Positions 9,536 through 18,436 of a DNA stretch of 64,000 bases are shown here, in pieces. Source of the DNA: Candidatus Dojkabacteria bacterium. Its GTDB lineage: Bacteria; Patescibacteriota; Dojkabacteria; SC72. Location of the stretch: positions 657,073 through 721,072 of the forward strand of contig JBMNHC010000001.1 in assembly GCA_050950165.1 (NCBI GenBank). The letters run 5' to 3'. The notes beneath the pieces were generated by a model. The model was not told the DNA's origin and did not search any database. It saw only the letters and a program-made list of their open reading frames with translations. Position numbers and translations under genes: made by a program. Within the stretch, counting starts at the first letter, position 1, and every line of letters starts with the position of its first letter.

Positions 9536-11179
9536 TTAACTCTTTGCTACTAAAGCAAATCTCTCTATCATATCCCTATTCATATTCAATGAATTTGGAA
9601 GTTGCTCCCCTATTCTGTCAACCCATCTACCTTCTAAAAGATGAATGTTCTTAATCTCACTTACACTCTCTCCAACACTCATATACAGGTTATCTAGAAT
9701 ATCTCTACCTTCTCTTGCAGATTTTAAAATAGTTTCCTGCATAGATTTACTAACAGAATATTTACCAAAATCACCAATGAATGTATTTGATAAAAATTCT
9801 TTTAAGTATGACGTTGTGATAGAGGTAGTAGGTAATATACCGTCATTAGTCCTTATACCACTTAATACAACTTTCGGTTTAACAGTTCTATCAAAGCCTG
9901 CAGAGAGTCTAAGATAGTCTAAAGTATTACTGTCAATATTTATTGTTTTTAAATATTCCAATACATTATCTACCTTACTCTCAAATGAAAATACCTCTTC
10001 TAGACTACTACCGTTTCTTACTTGTGGATATTTGAATATATCACTAATCTTTCTAGAAATATCGTTATGGATATTTCTCTCTCCTACAATCTCCTTTATA
10101 CCATCCTCTGGAAAAATCCTATCTATATCTTCAGCTGTATACTCCTTCTTAACCTCATACTCTAGATTGTAGTCATACTTAAGGAGATACTTTATCTCAT
10201 TGTACAAAACTATTCCTAATATCGGTTCATCTTTAGCAAACTCTCCAATCCATATTCTAAGATTTCTCCCTATTCTGTTCTGTTCCTTTGTGCTTTGTGT
10301 ATTCATTCTCTCTTTAAGAGCGTTAGCCATCTCTCTAGCTATCTCTGTATGTACTAGCTTCTCAGGCTCATATTGACCAGGGAGAGTGATAACTTCGTTA
10401 GTAGAGAGAACAAAATCATATTTCGATGATTTCATACCCTCTTGGTGTTTTTTCTGACCTAACTCTATTTTATAAAACGAGGAGGTAGAAAATTTGTCTT
10501 CAATGAGAAGTTTTAAAGCCAAAATACTATCAAAAGAGTGCTTCTGAATAGAATGCCCATCATATGATATCCTCTCAGGATTATCTAAATATCTCTGGAA
10601 ATAGTTTTGCATCTTTGATATCTCTCCTCTCTCTTCGGATAGTCTAAGAGCATATTCTAACTTCTTAGAGCGATATATCGGTATTTCAAATCCATTCTCT
10701 TGTAAGATAGGGGTACCATCTGCATATCTATATATCTTTTTTCTTTTTGCATCTGGTCCTTTCTCATACTGTAAGTATCTAGCTTCCTCTTCAGTACTAT
10801 TTATGTGAGAAAGGTCAGGTTTAAGTATTCCATATGATAGATCATTTTTTCTTACAAATATCATATCTCCATCAAATTTAACACCTTTTGTATATCTGAG
10901 GTACTCTTCTGTAACGATAGTGACACCACGAGATCTGTATATGTGTGTATTTACGAGAGCTTTACTAACTTCATTACTATCTATACCCTCTATTCTATTA
11001 ATATCTATACTCTCTGTTTGATATGTTTGGGCTCCTAAAACTAAGGGTAGAGGGAGATTTTCTGAAATAATTTGGTTAAATTGATCAACTTCTAAAGAGT
11101 CAGAGCCAGGTGTTACCAATGATATTGTAGTATCAAGTTTTTCTTCTGTTTGTGTTAAAGAGTCAACATCTACATCCAT
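9536..11179 (-). CDS. Hypothetical 547-aa protein with no TM segment and no recognisable domain; first gene of the cluster with the two paralogs.
   Basis: Long uninterrupted ORF, co-directional with and 78 nt upstream of paralog B. Confidence 0.55.
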   Translation of the reverse strand: MDVDVDSLTQTEEKLDTTISLVTPGSDSLEVDQFNQIISENLPLPLVLGAQTYQTESIDINRIEGIDSNEVSKALVNTHIYRSRGVTIVTEEYLRYTKGVKFDGDMIFVRKNDLSYGILKPDLSHINSTEEEARYLQYEKGPDAKRKKIYRYADGTPILQENGFEIPIYRSKKLEYALRLSEERGEISKMQNYFQRYLDNPERISYDGHSIQKHSFDSILALKLLIEDKFSTSSFYKIELGQKKHQEGMKSSKYDFVLSTNEVITLPGQYEPEKLVHTEIAREMANALKERMNTQSTKEQNRIGRNLRIWIGEFAKDEPILGIVLYNEIKYLLKYDYNLEYEVKKEYTAEDIDRIFPEDGIKEIVGERNIHNDISRKISDIFKYPQVRNGSSLEEVFSFESKVDNVLEYLKTINIDSNTLDYLRLSAGFDRTVKPKVVLSGIRTNDGILPTTSITTSYLKEFLSNTFIGDFGKYSVSKSMQETILKSAREGRDILDNLYMSVGESVSEIKNIHLLEGRWVDRIGEQLPNSLNMNRDMIERFALVAKS

Positions 11180-11238
11180 ATTTCATATTAGCAGAACTAA
11201 ATGGATATTAGTAGAAGAAGGTGATATAATACTATGGG

Positions 11239-11559
11239 TTGAGATCTTTAAAAGGAGGTAATTTGGAAAGATTGGAAAGAATTGTTGTTTGGATTGTGGG
11301 ACACCAATACCTTGGTATTGGTGATGAATTTGGGTTAATATATATAAACTTAACACCAAATGATGTCATAATATCAAGAAAAAGGTGTCCATCTGTTTAT
11401 GAGGAAATAGAAATTCCACAATCTGGACATATTGCTTATGTCATAGGAAGTAAAATTGTGGGACTTCCTCCAAAAACAGATAATATTTGTTTAGTTGTAA
11501 AACATGAGGTATTCTCCTTACTAAAACGAGATGATTTATTATATCTCTCTGGAGAATAA
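11239..11559 (+). CDS. Hypothetical small protein (106 aa).
   Basis: ORF followed by a strong terminator hairpin. Confidence 0.4.
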   Translation: MRSLKGGNLERLERIVVWIVGHQYLGIGDEFGLIYINLTPNDVIISRKRCPSVYEEIEIPQSGHIAYVIGSKIVGLPPKTDNICLVVKHEVFSLLKRDDLLYLSGE

Positions 11560-11573
11560 AACTCGACCTAATT

Positions 11574-11620
11574 GGTAGGTATCTTAATTTTTAAATAAGA
11601 AGATACCTACCTTTTCTTTT
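11574..11620 (+). terminator. Rho-independent terminator.
   Basis: Perfect 12-bp inverted repeat ggtaggtatctt / aagatacctacc, followed by a ttttcttttcg T-tract. Confidence 0.55.
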
Positions 11621-11925
11621 CGTTTCTTCAAAAAAAAACAATTATTTATAAAGAAAAAGCCTGAAGATTTATGAGATAGATGGTAGTATTACTACACAAT
11701 AATCCCTACTTCAGGCAAACTATTCAACTAATATTTACTCTTTAAATCCATATAGACGATATGGGTATGGATCTACACCTGCAATTATATGGATTAATTG
11801 TAGGCTAGGAGAAAGAGTGAATGCTATAGGATAATAAAGTTAGAAAATGGAAAGAAAATATTTTTTAATAACAAATATCATAGAATACAATTATAAGAGA
11901 GACTGTAGGTGTATATTGCATATTT

Positions 11926-12264
11926 CTATGCAATTTTATTCTCTTCTTGTTTTGCAATGGTAAAAAGTAACCCCGATACAAAAGGGGAAATAAAAATTGT
12001 GATAATCATAGCCATAGTTATAGCTATGACTGGTTCCCCTTCGAATAAGAAAGGAATTGAACATAATGAGGCTATAACCAACCCCATGCTATTCCACTTC
12101 TTTTTCAGAAGAACAATCAGGTCTAATACCAAAACGGTAAGACCTATAAAAAAAACAATTAATTGCTTTCCCCCTATGGAGAAATCTGTTGCAAAAGCTT
12201 GCAACATTGTCAGTAGGAGAAAAAAGCCCGCAGTGCGAGCAGAAAAATATAAAGTTTGGTCCAT
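11926..12264 (-). CDS. Small hydrophobic membrane protein (112 aa, 3 to 4 predicted TM segments).
   Basis: Hydrophobic helices (LIVFFIGLTVLVLDLIVLL, VIAITMAMIITIFISPFVSGLLF). Preferred over the overlapping plus-strand ORF 11909..12283, which lacks a coherent composition. Confidence 0.35.
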   Translation of the reverse strand: MDQTLYFSARTAGFFLLLTMLQAFATDFSIGGKQLIVFFIGLTVLVLDLIVLLKKKWNSMGLVIASLCSIPFLFEGEPVIAITMAMIITIFISPFVSGLLFTIAKQEENKIA

Positions 12265-12468
12265 GTTAGCTCCTTTTTTTTAATTACAACAAGAAGAGTT
12301 AAAAGACGATTAAAATCATCTTCTAATCACTTCTTGTATCTATGAAGTTATTTGTTTATTAAAGGGCAATTTAACAGTAATACACTACAATTATACCAAT
12401 TTAACAAAGGGATTACAAGACTATAGGTTTGGTAGGATAACTTAACTCTTTCTATTAGACTCTGATAT

Positions 12469-12804
12469 TTGTTGTATACAATCTTTATGATACAATTTAT
12501 ATGTAACCTATTTATGCTTATGAAAAAGACTGGTATATATATATTAATAATCTCTTTAATATGTTTAATTGGAAGTTTTGTTCTTTTGTTCTTTGAATAT
12601 ACTCACTATTCAGATGCAGATAATAGGCTTGTTATTTTACAAAAAGAAGTAAATAAAAATTCTGATAGATTAAATATTCTTTCTGATGAAATAACGAGAT
12701 TAAAATTAGAAGAAGAAACAATAAGTAGTGAAAAAAATATTCAAATTGAACAGTATAAAAAATGGGTAAGACAGAATCAAATACTAAAAGATTTAATAAA
12801 GTAA
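12469..12804 (+). CDS. Small membrane-anchored coiled-coil protein.
   Basis: N-terminal TM helix followed by a charged, heptad-like region. Confidence 0.45.
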   Translation: MLYTIFMIQFICNLFMLMKKTGIYILIISLICLIGSFVLLFFEYTHYSDADNRLVILQKEVNKNSDRLNILSDEITRLKLEEETISSEKNIQIEQYKKWVRQNQILKDLIK

Positions 12805-13694
12805 TAATATTTGGTCTCTCATTCTTTTTTCTAATCCTTCTATTAGTTAATCTTGTAATAATTATAAAATTAAATCAATCTAGGAAACAGATAGAATCTG
12901 AAATATATACTACTAAAAATGTATTATCTGAACAAAAGAAAGAATATATTACTAAGTTAGGAGAGAGAAAACTTCTTTTGGAGAATATAGATACCATTAA
13001 GAATGTAGAGAGTTCTCTTGAAGATATTAGAAAAGAGTTTTTTGAAAATGCACAGGAGTATGAAAAGATGGTATCTCAAGGTAAAGGTAGTAAGAAAATT
13101 GCTTATATAACGATAGATGATGGTCCGTATAGCTATACACCTGCTTTTTTAGATGTTCTTGATAAATATGATATATTAGCTACTTTCTTTTTACTTGGAA
13201 AACCTAAAGAAGAATTCGATCCTGTATATAAAAGGATTTATAATAGTGGGCATACTATAGCTAATCATACCTATTCACACGCTATATGGGGTGGTCTCTA
13301 TGCTAGTGTAGATTCTTTTGTTAATGATGTACTAAAACAAGAAAGATTTTTGTATAAAAAGCTTGGAGTTAAAACAAATATTTTAAGATTTCCTGGTGGT
13401 AGTAGTTCAGCTATACCTCCTTTTAGAGCTAAAATAATAGAACGTTTAAGGGCACATAATTATGGATATGTAGATTGGAATGTATCATCTGGTGATGCTG
13501 GTAAGAGTCCTTCAAAAGAAAAGTCGTATAATAATATAATTAATGGATCTAAAAATAAGAATATAATTGTAATATTGATGCATGATTTTAGTAAGGCTTC
13601 ACTATCTGCATTGCCTTCAGTTATTGAGGAGCTTAAAGCAAGGGATTATATATTTTTACCCTTGTTTTATGAAAGTTCTATGATTAGGAAATGA
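12762..13694 (+). CDS. Polysaccharide deacetylase (NodB/CE4 domain), membrane anchored.
   Basis: NodB motifs ITIDDGPYSYT and HTIANHTYSHA, plus an N-terminal TM helix. Confidence 0.75.
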   Translation: MGKTESNTKRFNKVIIFGLSFFFLILLLVNLVIIIKLNQSRKQIESEIYTTKNVLSEQKKEYITKLGERKLLLENIDTIKNVESSLEDIRKEFFENAQEYEKMVSQGKGSKKIAYITIDDGPYSYTPAFLDVLDKYDILATFFLLGKPKEEFDPVYKRIYNSGHTIANHTYSHAIWGGLYASVDSFVNDVLKQERFLYKKLGVKTNILRFPGGSSSAIPPFRAKIIERLRAHNYGYVDWNVSSGDAGKSPSKEKSYNNIINGSKNKNIIVILMHDFSKASLSALPSVIEELKARDYIFLPLFYESSMIRK

Positions 13695-13818
13695 GGAGGG
13701 GTATGGAAGTATAGGATGGGTGGTTAATGGATATATAACAAAAAAGCCTGAAAGAAAATAAAAATGAGAAGTAGAATATATCTACCTACTCTAGATTCTA
13801 ACAGGCCTTCTTGCACTT

Positions 13819-14133
13819 CTAAAGAAATAATTGAATTACCCACCCAAGCCCCAAGATGATTAGGGGATAAAAAATGACATAAACCAAAGATCCCAAAAAT
13901 TTTTCTATTAATTTTTTATTATCATCCTTTTCTTCGTGTCTTTGATATGTCAGGAAATCCACTATAATTGCAATCCCGGTTGCTTGGGGAATGCTTAGTG
14001 GGGGTAATGAGAATATCGGTATTATAAACCATCTCCATAATACCGATAAAACAAATCCGGTAATAACAGCACTTATTACCAGCAGTATCGAGAAAACAAT
14101 TAACCCTAATAAATTCTCTGTTTCTTTTTCCAT
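13819..14133 (-). CDS. Small hypothetical membrane protein.
   Basis: Three hydrophobic segments in 104 aa. Confidence 0.4.
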   Translation of the reverse strand: MEKETENLLGLIVFSILLVISAVITGFVLSVLWRWFIIPIFSLPPLSIPQATGIAIIVDFLTYQRHEEKDDNKKLIEKFLGSLVYVIFYPLIILGLGWVIQLFL

Positions 14134-14271
14134 AATAAATAACTCCTTTTCTGTTTTTCTGTTTTTAGCAAATCCAAAATGGATAGCTTTTAAGGTATTA
14201 GATAATTAATACCATAGAAGCTATCCACTCTTTTTAAAAATCAAAAACCAGAAGGGATTACTATGGGTTGG

Positions 14272-14349
14272 TGGGGTGGATGATGGGACTTGAACCCACA
14301 ACCCTCGGTTCCACAAACCGATGCTCTAACCAGTTGAGCTACATCCACC
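14272..14349 (-). tRNA. tRNA-His (anticodon GUG), with the extra 5' G-1 and CCA encoded.
   Basis: Folded by eye into a cloverleaf: acceptor stem gtggatg/catccac, anticodon stem tcggt/accga with loop ttGTGga, T-arm gtggg-ttcaagt-cccat, and G-1 opposite discriminator C. Confidence 0.85.
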
Positions 14350-14402
14350 ATAAAATATCTAATATCATTATACCCTACTTTGTATAAGTAGTAAAAGCTA
14401 AT

Positions 14403-15767
14403 TTACTTTTTAAATTCCTTAGCAAAAGAACTCTGTTGTATAATATCTTCCATCTCTTTCTTTTTCATATCTGCCTCTATCCATATATGAGGTGGAGTAT
14501 TAATTCTTTTTGTAAGATACTGTTCAATATCTGCTATCTTTATCTTCTTTCCCTCTTCTACTGCAATATTAGCATTATATATCTCTGCATCTTCAAGTAG
14601 AGAAGAAGCTGCATTCTCTGCTAACTCTTCATTAAATTTCGTACTTCTTGGAAATATGTATGTACTAATTACATCATTAAACCACTCTCTACCCCTCTTA
14701 GACTTAAGAAAAAGGAAAGAAGTAGTATGTAGGAGTGTATATAGCTCTTCAAGCATCTCCGATATCTTAGAAGCCTCTGTAGTGAATCTAAAACCATCCA
14801 TACTAGATCCATATGAGAGATTTTCATTCCTAAATGTAGAGAAATCATATATTAGACTCCTCTTCTCTCTCAATATATCAAAAGTAAGCCATCTAAGTAA
14901 TTGATAATAGATATACTCTATTGCATATCTTCTGTAATCTATCTTTTTATCTAACTTATTAAAATATATGAAAGAAATATTAATACCACTTACTTTCTCT
15001 TCCTTAAAAGTACCTACTCTCCATCTATTCTTAATTAGTACTTCTCTTGGGATATCTGTCTTTCCCTCAGGTATCTGCTTAGTCATCTGCTCAATCTCTC
15101 TCTCTACTCTCTTTTTTAATACTCCCCTACTTTGTATTGCAATTGTACAATTACCTGTATTAAACCTAGAAACAAAATATTTTTCTAAATGATCAATATC
15201 TATCTCTTTAATATCTTTTTCTTCTCCTAATACATCATATGCAAATTCATCCTGTATACCCTTAAAGAGAAACTCTAAACTCATTAAGTAATTATCTTTC
15301 TCTCTCTTTGGCTTTCTACTCTTCTCTGCTAGAATAATGCCTCTCTCTTTCTCTATCTGATTAGCAAATTTCTTTTTAGAAAATGTTAATATACTGCTCA
15401 TTCTCTCTAGTATTCTCATATCTGCTTTCTCATTTGCATGACATGTAAAGTAGATATTCTTTCTTGTTGTATATCCATTTGTATATATTGAAGGTCTCTT
15501 TTTATCTCCCTGTTCAAACCTATCAATTTGTATTTTAGATTTAAATATGGAGTTGGGATTAAGTAACATATGTTCTAGAAAGTGTGCAGTACCGTGAGGT
15601 ACTCTCTCTCTATCTTCAAAACTACAACCTGCTTTAAATATGATAGCGAAATCAAAATCTATTGTAGCAGGGTTATCTAAGTGTAAGATTTTAATACCAT
15701 TATCAGAGATATATTCTCTATATGTAATATTGTTATATTTATTATGAAACTGAGATATTAATTTCAT
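14403..15767 (-). CDS. M16 (pitrilysin/insulinase) family zinc peptidase.
   Basis: Inverted zinc-binding motif HxxEH in HGTAHFLEHMLL. Confidence 0.75.
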   Translation of the reverse strand: MKLISQFHNKYNNITYREYISDNGIKILHLDNPATIDFDFAIIFKAGCSFEDRERVPHGTAHFLEHMLLNPNSIFKSKIQIDRFEQGDKKRPSIYTNGYTTRKNIYFTCHANEKADMRILERMSSILTFSKKKFANQIEKERGIILAEKSRKPKREKDNYLMSLEFLFKGIQDEFAYDVLGEEKDIKEIDIDHLEKYFVSRFNTGNCTIAIQSRGVLKKRVEREIEQMTKQIPEGKTDIPREVLIKNRWRVGTFKEEKVSGINISFIYFNKLDKKIDYRRYAIEYIYYQLLRWLTFDILREKRSLIYDFSTFRNENLSYGSSMDGFRFTTEASKISEMLEELYTLLHTTSFLFLKSKRGREWFNDVISTYIFPRSTKFNEELAENAASSLLEDAEIYNANIAVEEGKKIKIADIEQYLTKRINTPPHIWIEADMKKKEMEDIIQQSSFAKEFKK

Positions 15768-15884
15768 ATCTGTATCTTTAAGCTTATATTACCTGTATTA
15801 TTACATATGAAGATATTTAAAGAAACAGGAGAAAATATTTAATTTCTGCTTATATTATACTAAGAAAAAAGAGTGTATACAATA

Positions 15885-15914
15885 TTGACTCAAAATATGT
15901 TTGGTTGCTAAAAT
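15885..15914 (+). promoter_or_regulatory. Candidate sigma70-like promoter for the ABC transporter gene.
   Basis: ttgact, then 18 nt, then taaaat, about 30 nt upstream of the start at 15943. Weak evidence in an AT-rich genome. Confidence 0.3.
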
Positions 15915-15942
15915 ATGCTTATTAAATTAGCAATATGGGGGT

Positions 15943-17754
15943 ATGTCTAAAAAGAAGCCTTTAACATTCAAAGAGTATATCTCTATCTCTGTATGGGCTT
16001 TAAAATTTAACTGGAGTATGTCTCGGTTCATTACAATAGGGATGTTTTTTACAACTATATACAAGAATCTTTCTGGGTTAATAAATATGTATGTTGTAGC
16101 TAAAATAATTGACTCTTTAATTGCGTTAGTAGGGACCGAGAATGCCAACTTTAAAGGTGTATTACCACTGGTTTTTCTTTTAGGGTTAATACAGCTAATT
16201 TCTATAATATCTACTAGTGTAGAAGGCTATGTTAACAGATTAAGAAGGAGACTTTCTCAATCACATCTTGCACAAGCAGAATATGAAAAGATTGCAGAAT
16301 TAGGGGTCCAGACCAATCAATTACCTGATGTAGCTAACAAAAGGCAGATAACACACGATTGGTTACTTAACATTGTAGATGTGAACCAGAATATTGTTAG
16401 AATAGTGGCAGCATTTATACAAAGCGTTGTAGGAGGATTAATAATATTTAATTTTTCCTTTTGGATAGGTCTTGCCGTTGTATTTGTTGCTTTACTTTCT
16501 TACATACGGGGTAGATTTTACTTTAGGAAGGATTTTGATTGGCAAACTTCTGATAAACATATACAGGAAAGGAGAAAGGCTTGGTTTGTTCATTCTAGAC
16601 TTACAGATGCAGAATCTTTAGATGAAATTACTTTAGTTGGTGCATATGGATATTTAGATAGAAAATTTAGAGAATTTTTTAACTATTACAATGAGGGATA
16701 CAAGAGGATATTAAAAGCAGATACTTTTACTAATTTTTTACTGGATTTACTTAATCTTTTTATTGTATTAGGCGGTTCTCTTTATGTATATCTTATGGCA
16801 TTTCAGAAGGTTATCACTATTGGTCAAACATCCTTCTATATCAGTGCAATTAATAACTTTTATGGTGGTATAGGTTGGTTCTCTACAGAATTAGTATTAT
16901 TTGTGGATTTATTAATGAAAGAGAGAGAAGTATATGAATTTTTTCAATTAAAACCCGCTGTAGCAGATGGTAATATTAAAATGGAGAGGTTACTAAAACC
17001 TCCTTCTGTTGAATTTAAAAATGTATCTTTTCACTATCCTAATTCAAAAAGAAATATATTAAAGAATTTCTCTTTAAAGATATCTAGGGGTGAGAAAATT
17101 GCTATCGTAGGAGAGAATGGAGCTGGAAAAACTACATTGGTTAAACTCCTTTGTCGTATATATGATCCTCAAAAAGGAGAGATTTTAGTTAACGGTATTA
17201 ATCTAAAAGAGTTAAGTCTAAATGATTGGTACAAGAATGTAGGAGTTCTTTTTCAAGATTTTAACTTTTACGGTAATCTAACTGTAGAAGAAAATATATA
17301 TATAGGGAAATCTATTAAAGAGATAGATAGGGAAAGAGTTATAGAAGCTGCTAAGAGTGCAGATGCTCATGATTTTATTATGAAGTACGACAAAAAATAT
17401 CAAACTATTATGAATGAAAGATTTGAGGGAGGTATTAATCCAAGTAAAGGACAAAAACAGAAGATTGCAATTGCTAGATTCTTTTATAGAGATGCACCAT
17501 TTGCTATCTTTGATGAGCCTACTAGTGCAATTGATGCAGATGCTGAGTATAGGATATTTAACAAGATATATAATTTCTTTGATAATAAGACAGTAATAAT
17601 TATTTCTCATAGATTCTCTACTGTTAGAAATGCAGATAAAATATTAGTAATAAAGGAGGGGGATATAATTGAAGAGGGATCTCATAAAGAATTAATGGAA
17701 ATGAATAAGGTATATGCAGATAATTTTAGAAAACAAGCAGAGGGGTATAATTAA
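15943..17754 (+). CDS. ABC transporter, fused permease plus ATP-binding protein (exporter type).
   Basis: N-terminal multi-TM domain, Walker A GENGAGKTT, ABC signature SKGQKQKIAIARFFY, Walker B IFDEPTSAID. Confidence 0.85.
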   Translation: MSKKKPLTFKEYISISVWALKFNWSMSRFITIGMFFTTIYKNLSGLINMYVVAKIIDSLIALVGTENANFKGVLPLVFLLGLIQLISIISTSVEGYVNRLRRRLSQSHLAQAEYEKIAELGVQTNQLPDVANKRQITHDWLLNIVDVNQNIVRIVAAFIQSVVGGLIIFNFSFWIGLAVVFVALLSYIRGRFYFRKDFDWQTSDKHIQERRKAWFVHSRLTDAESLDEITLVGAYGYLDRKFREFFNYYNEGYKRILKADTFTNFLLDLLNLFIVLGGSLYVYLMAFQKVITIGQTSFYISAINNFYGGIGWFSTELVLFVDLLMKEREVYEFFQLKPAVADGNIKMERLLKPPSVEFKNVSFHYPNSKRNILKNFSLKISRGEKIAIVGENGAGKTTLVKLLCRIYDPQKGEILVNGINLKELSLNDWYKNVGVLFQDFNFYGNLTVEENIYIGKSIKEIDRERVIEAAKSADAHDFIMKYDKKYQTIMNERFEGGINPSKGQKQKIAIARFFYRDAPFAIFDEPTSAIDADAEYRIFNKIYNFFDNKTVIIISHRFSTVRNADKILVIKEGDIIEEGSHKELMEMNKVYADNFRKQAEGYN

Positions 17755-17828
17755 AACTACTCCTTTTGTTTTTTGTATTAAGATTTCCCTTTATAAGATA
17801 CAGATATTTATAAATATATTTGAAAATT

Positions 17829-17870
17829 TATTCTCAATTTCATATACTTAAATATATTAAATTGAGAATA
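17829..17870. promoter_or_regulatory. Perfect 12-bp inverted repeat (tattctcaattt ... aaattgagaata, 18-nt spacer) ending 8 nt upstream of the lemA start. Candidate operator or 5'-UTR hairpin.
   Basis: Read directly from the sequence. Confidence 0.4.
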
Positions 17871-17877
17871 TAAAAAT

Positions 17878-18426
17878 ATGCTCTGGAGTATTATTCTAGG
17901 TGTCTTAGTAGTTTTAATAATAGCTGTAGTATTTCTCTACAACGGTTTAGTTAAACTAAAGCTAACAGTAGATGAGGCTTCAGCAGATATTGAGACTTTC
18001 TTAAAGCAAAGATATGATATGATTCCTAACCTTGTTGAGATTGTTAAAGGCTATGCTAAACACGAAAAGGAGCTTTTTGAGAATGTTGCACAGTTAAGAA
18101 GTAAGGCTATGAGTGCTGATAGTTTAGATGAAAAGATTGCTCTTGAAGGGGAGCTAACTAAGGGTATTGCAAAAATCTTCGCTATTGCAGAGGCATATCC
18201 AGAGTTAAAAGCAAATGAGAACTTTATACAACTACAAGGTAATCTAAAAGAGTTAGAGGATAATATTCAGAAGTCTAGAAGGTTTTACAACGGTACAGTT
18301 AAAGAGTTTAATACAAAGATTGCAGTATTTCCTAACAACCTACTTGCTGGTATTTTAGGTTTTAAGAAATTGGCATTTTTTGAAGCTAGTGAGGAAGAGA
18401 AGAAGAATGTAGAGATTAAGTTTTAA
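17878..18426 (+). CDS. lemA: LemA family protein.
   Basis: N-terminal TM helix plus the LemA-type helical body (DMIPNLVEIVKGYAKHEKELFENVAQLR). Confidence 0.8.
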   Translation: MLWSIILGVLVVLIIAVVFLYNGLVKLKLTVDEASADIETFLKQRYDMIPNLVEIVKGYAKHEKELFENVAQLRSKAMSADSLDEKIALEGELTKGIAKIFAIAEAYPELKANENFIQLQGNLKELEDNIQKSRRFYNGTVKEFNTKIAVFPNNLLAGILGFKKLAFFEASEEEKKNVEIKF

Positions 18427-18436
18427 CTCTATCTCA

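Noticed and set aside
11909-12283. Plus-strand 124-aa ORF overlapping the minus-strand small membrane ORF.
   Set aside because: The minus-strand reading gives coherent TM helices. The plus-strand product is a compositionally odd, Lys/Arg-rich tail. Only one of the two is likely real, and neither is certain.
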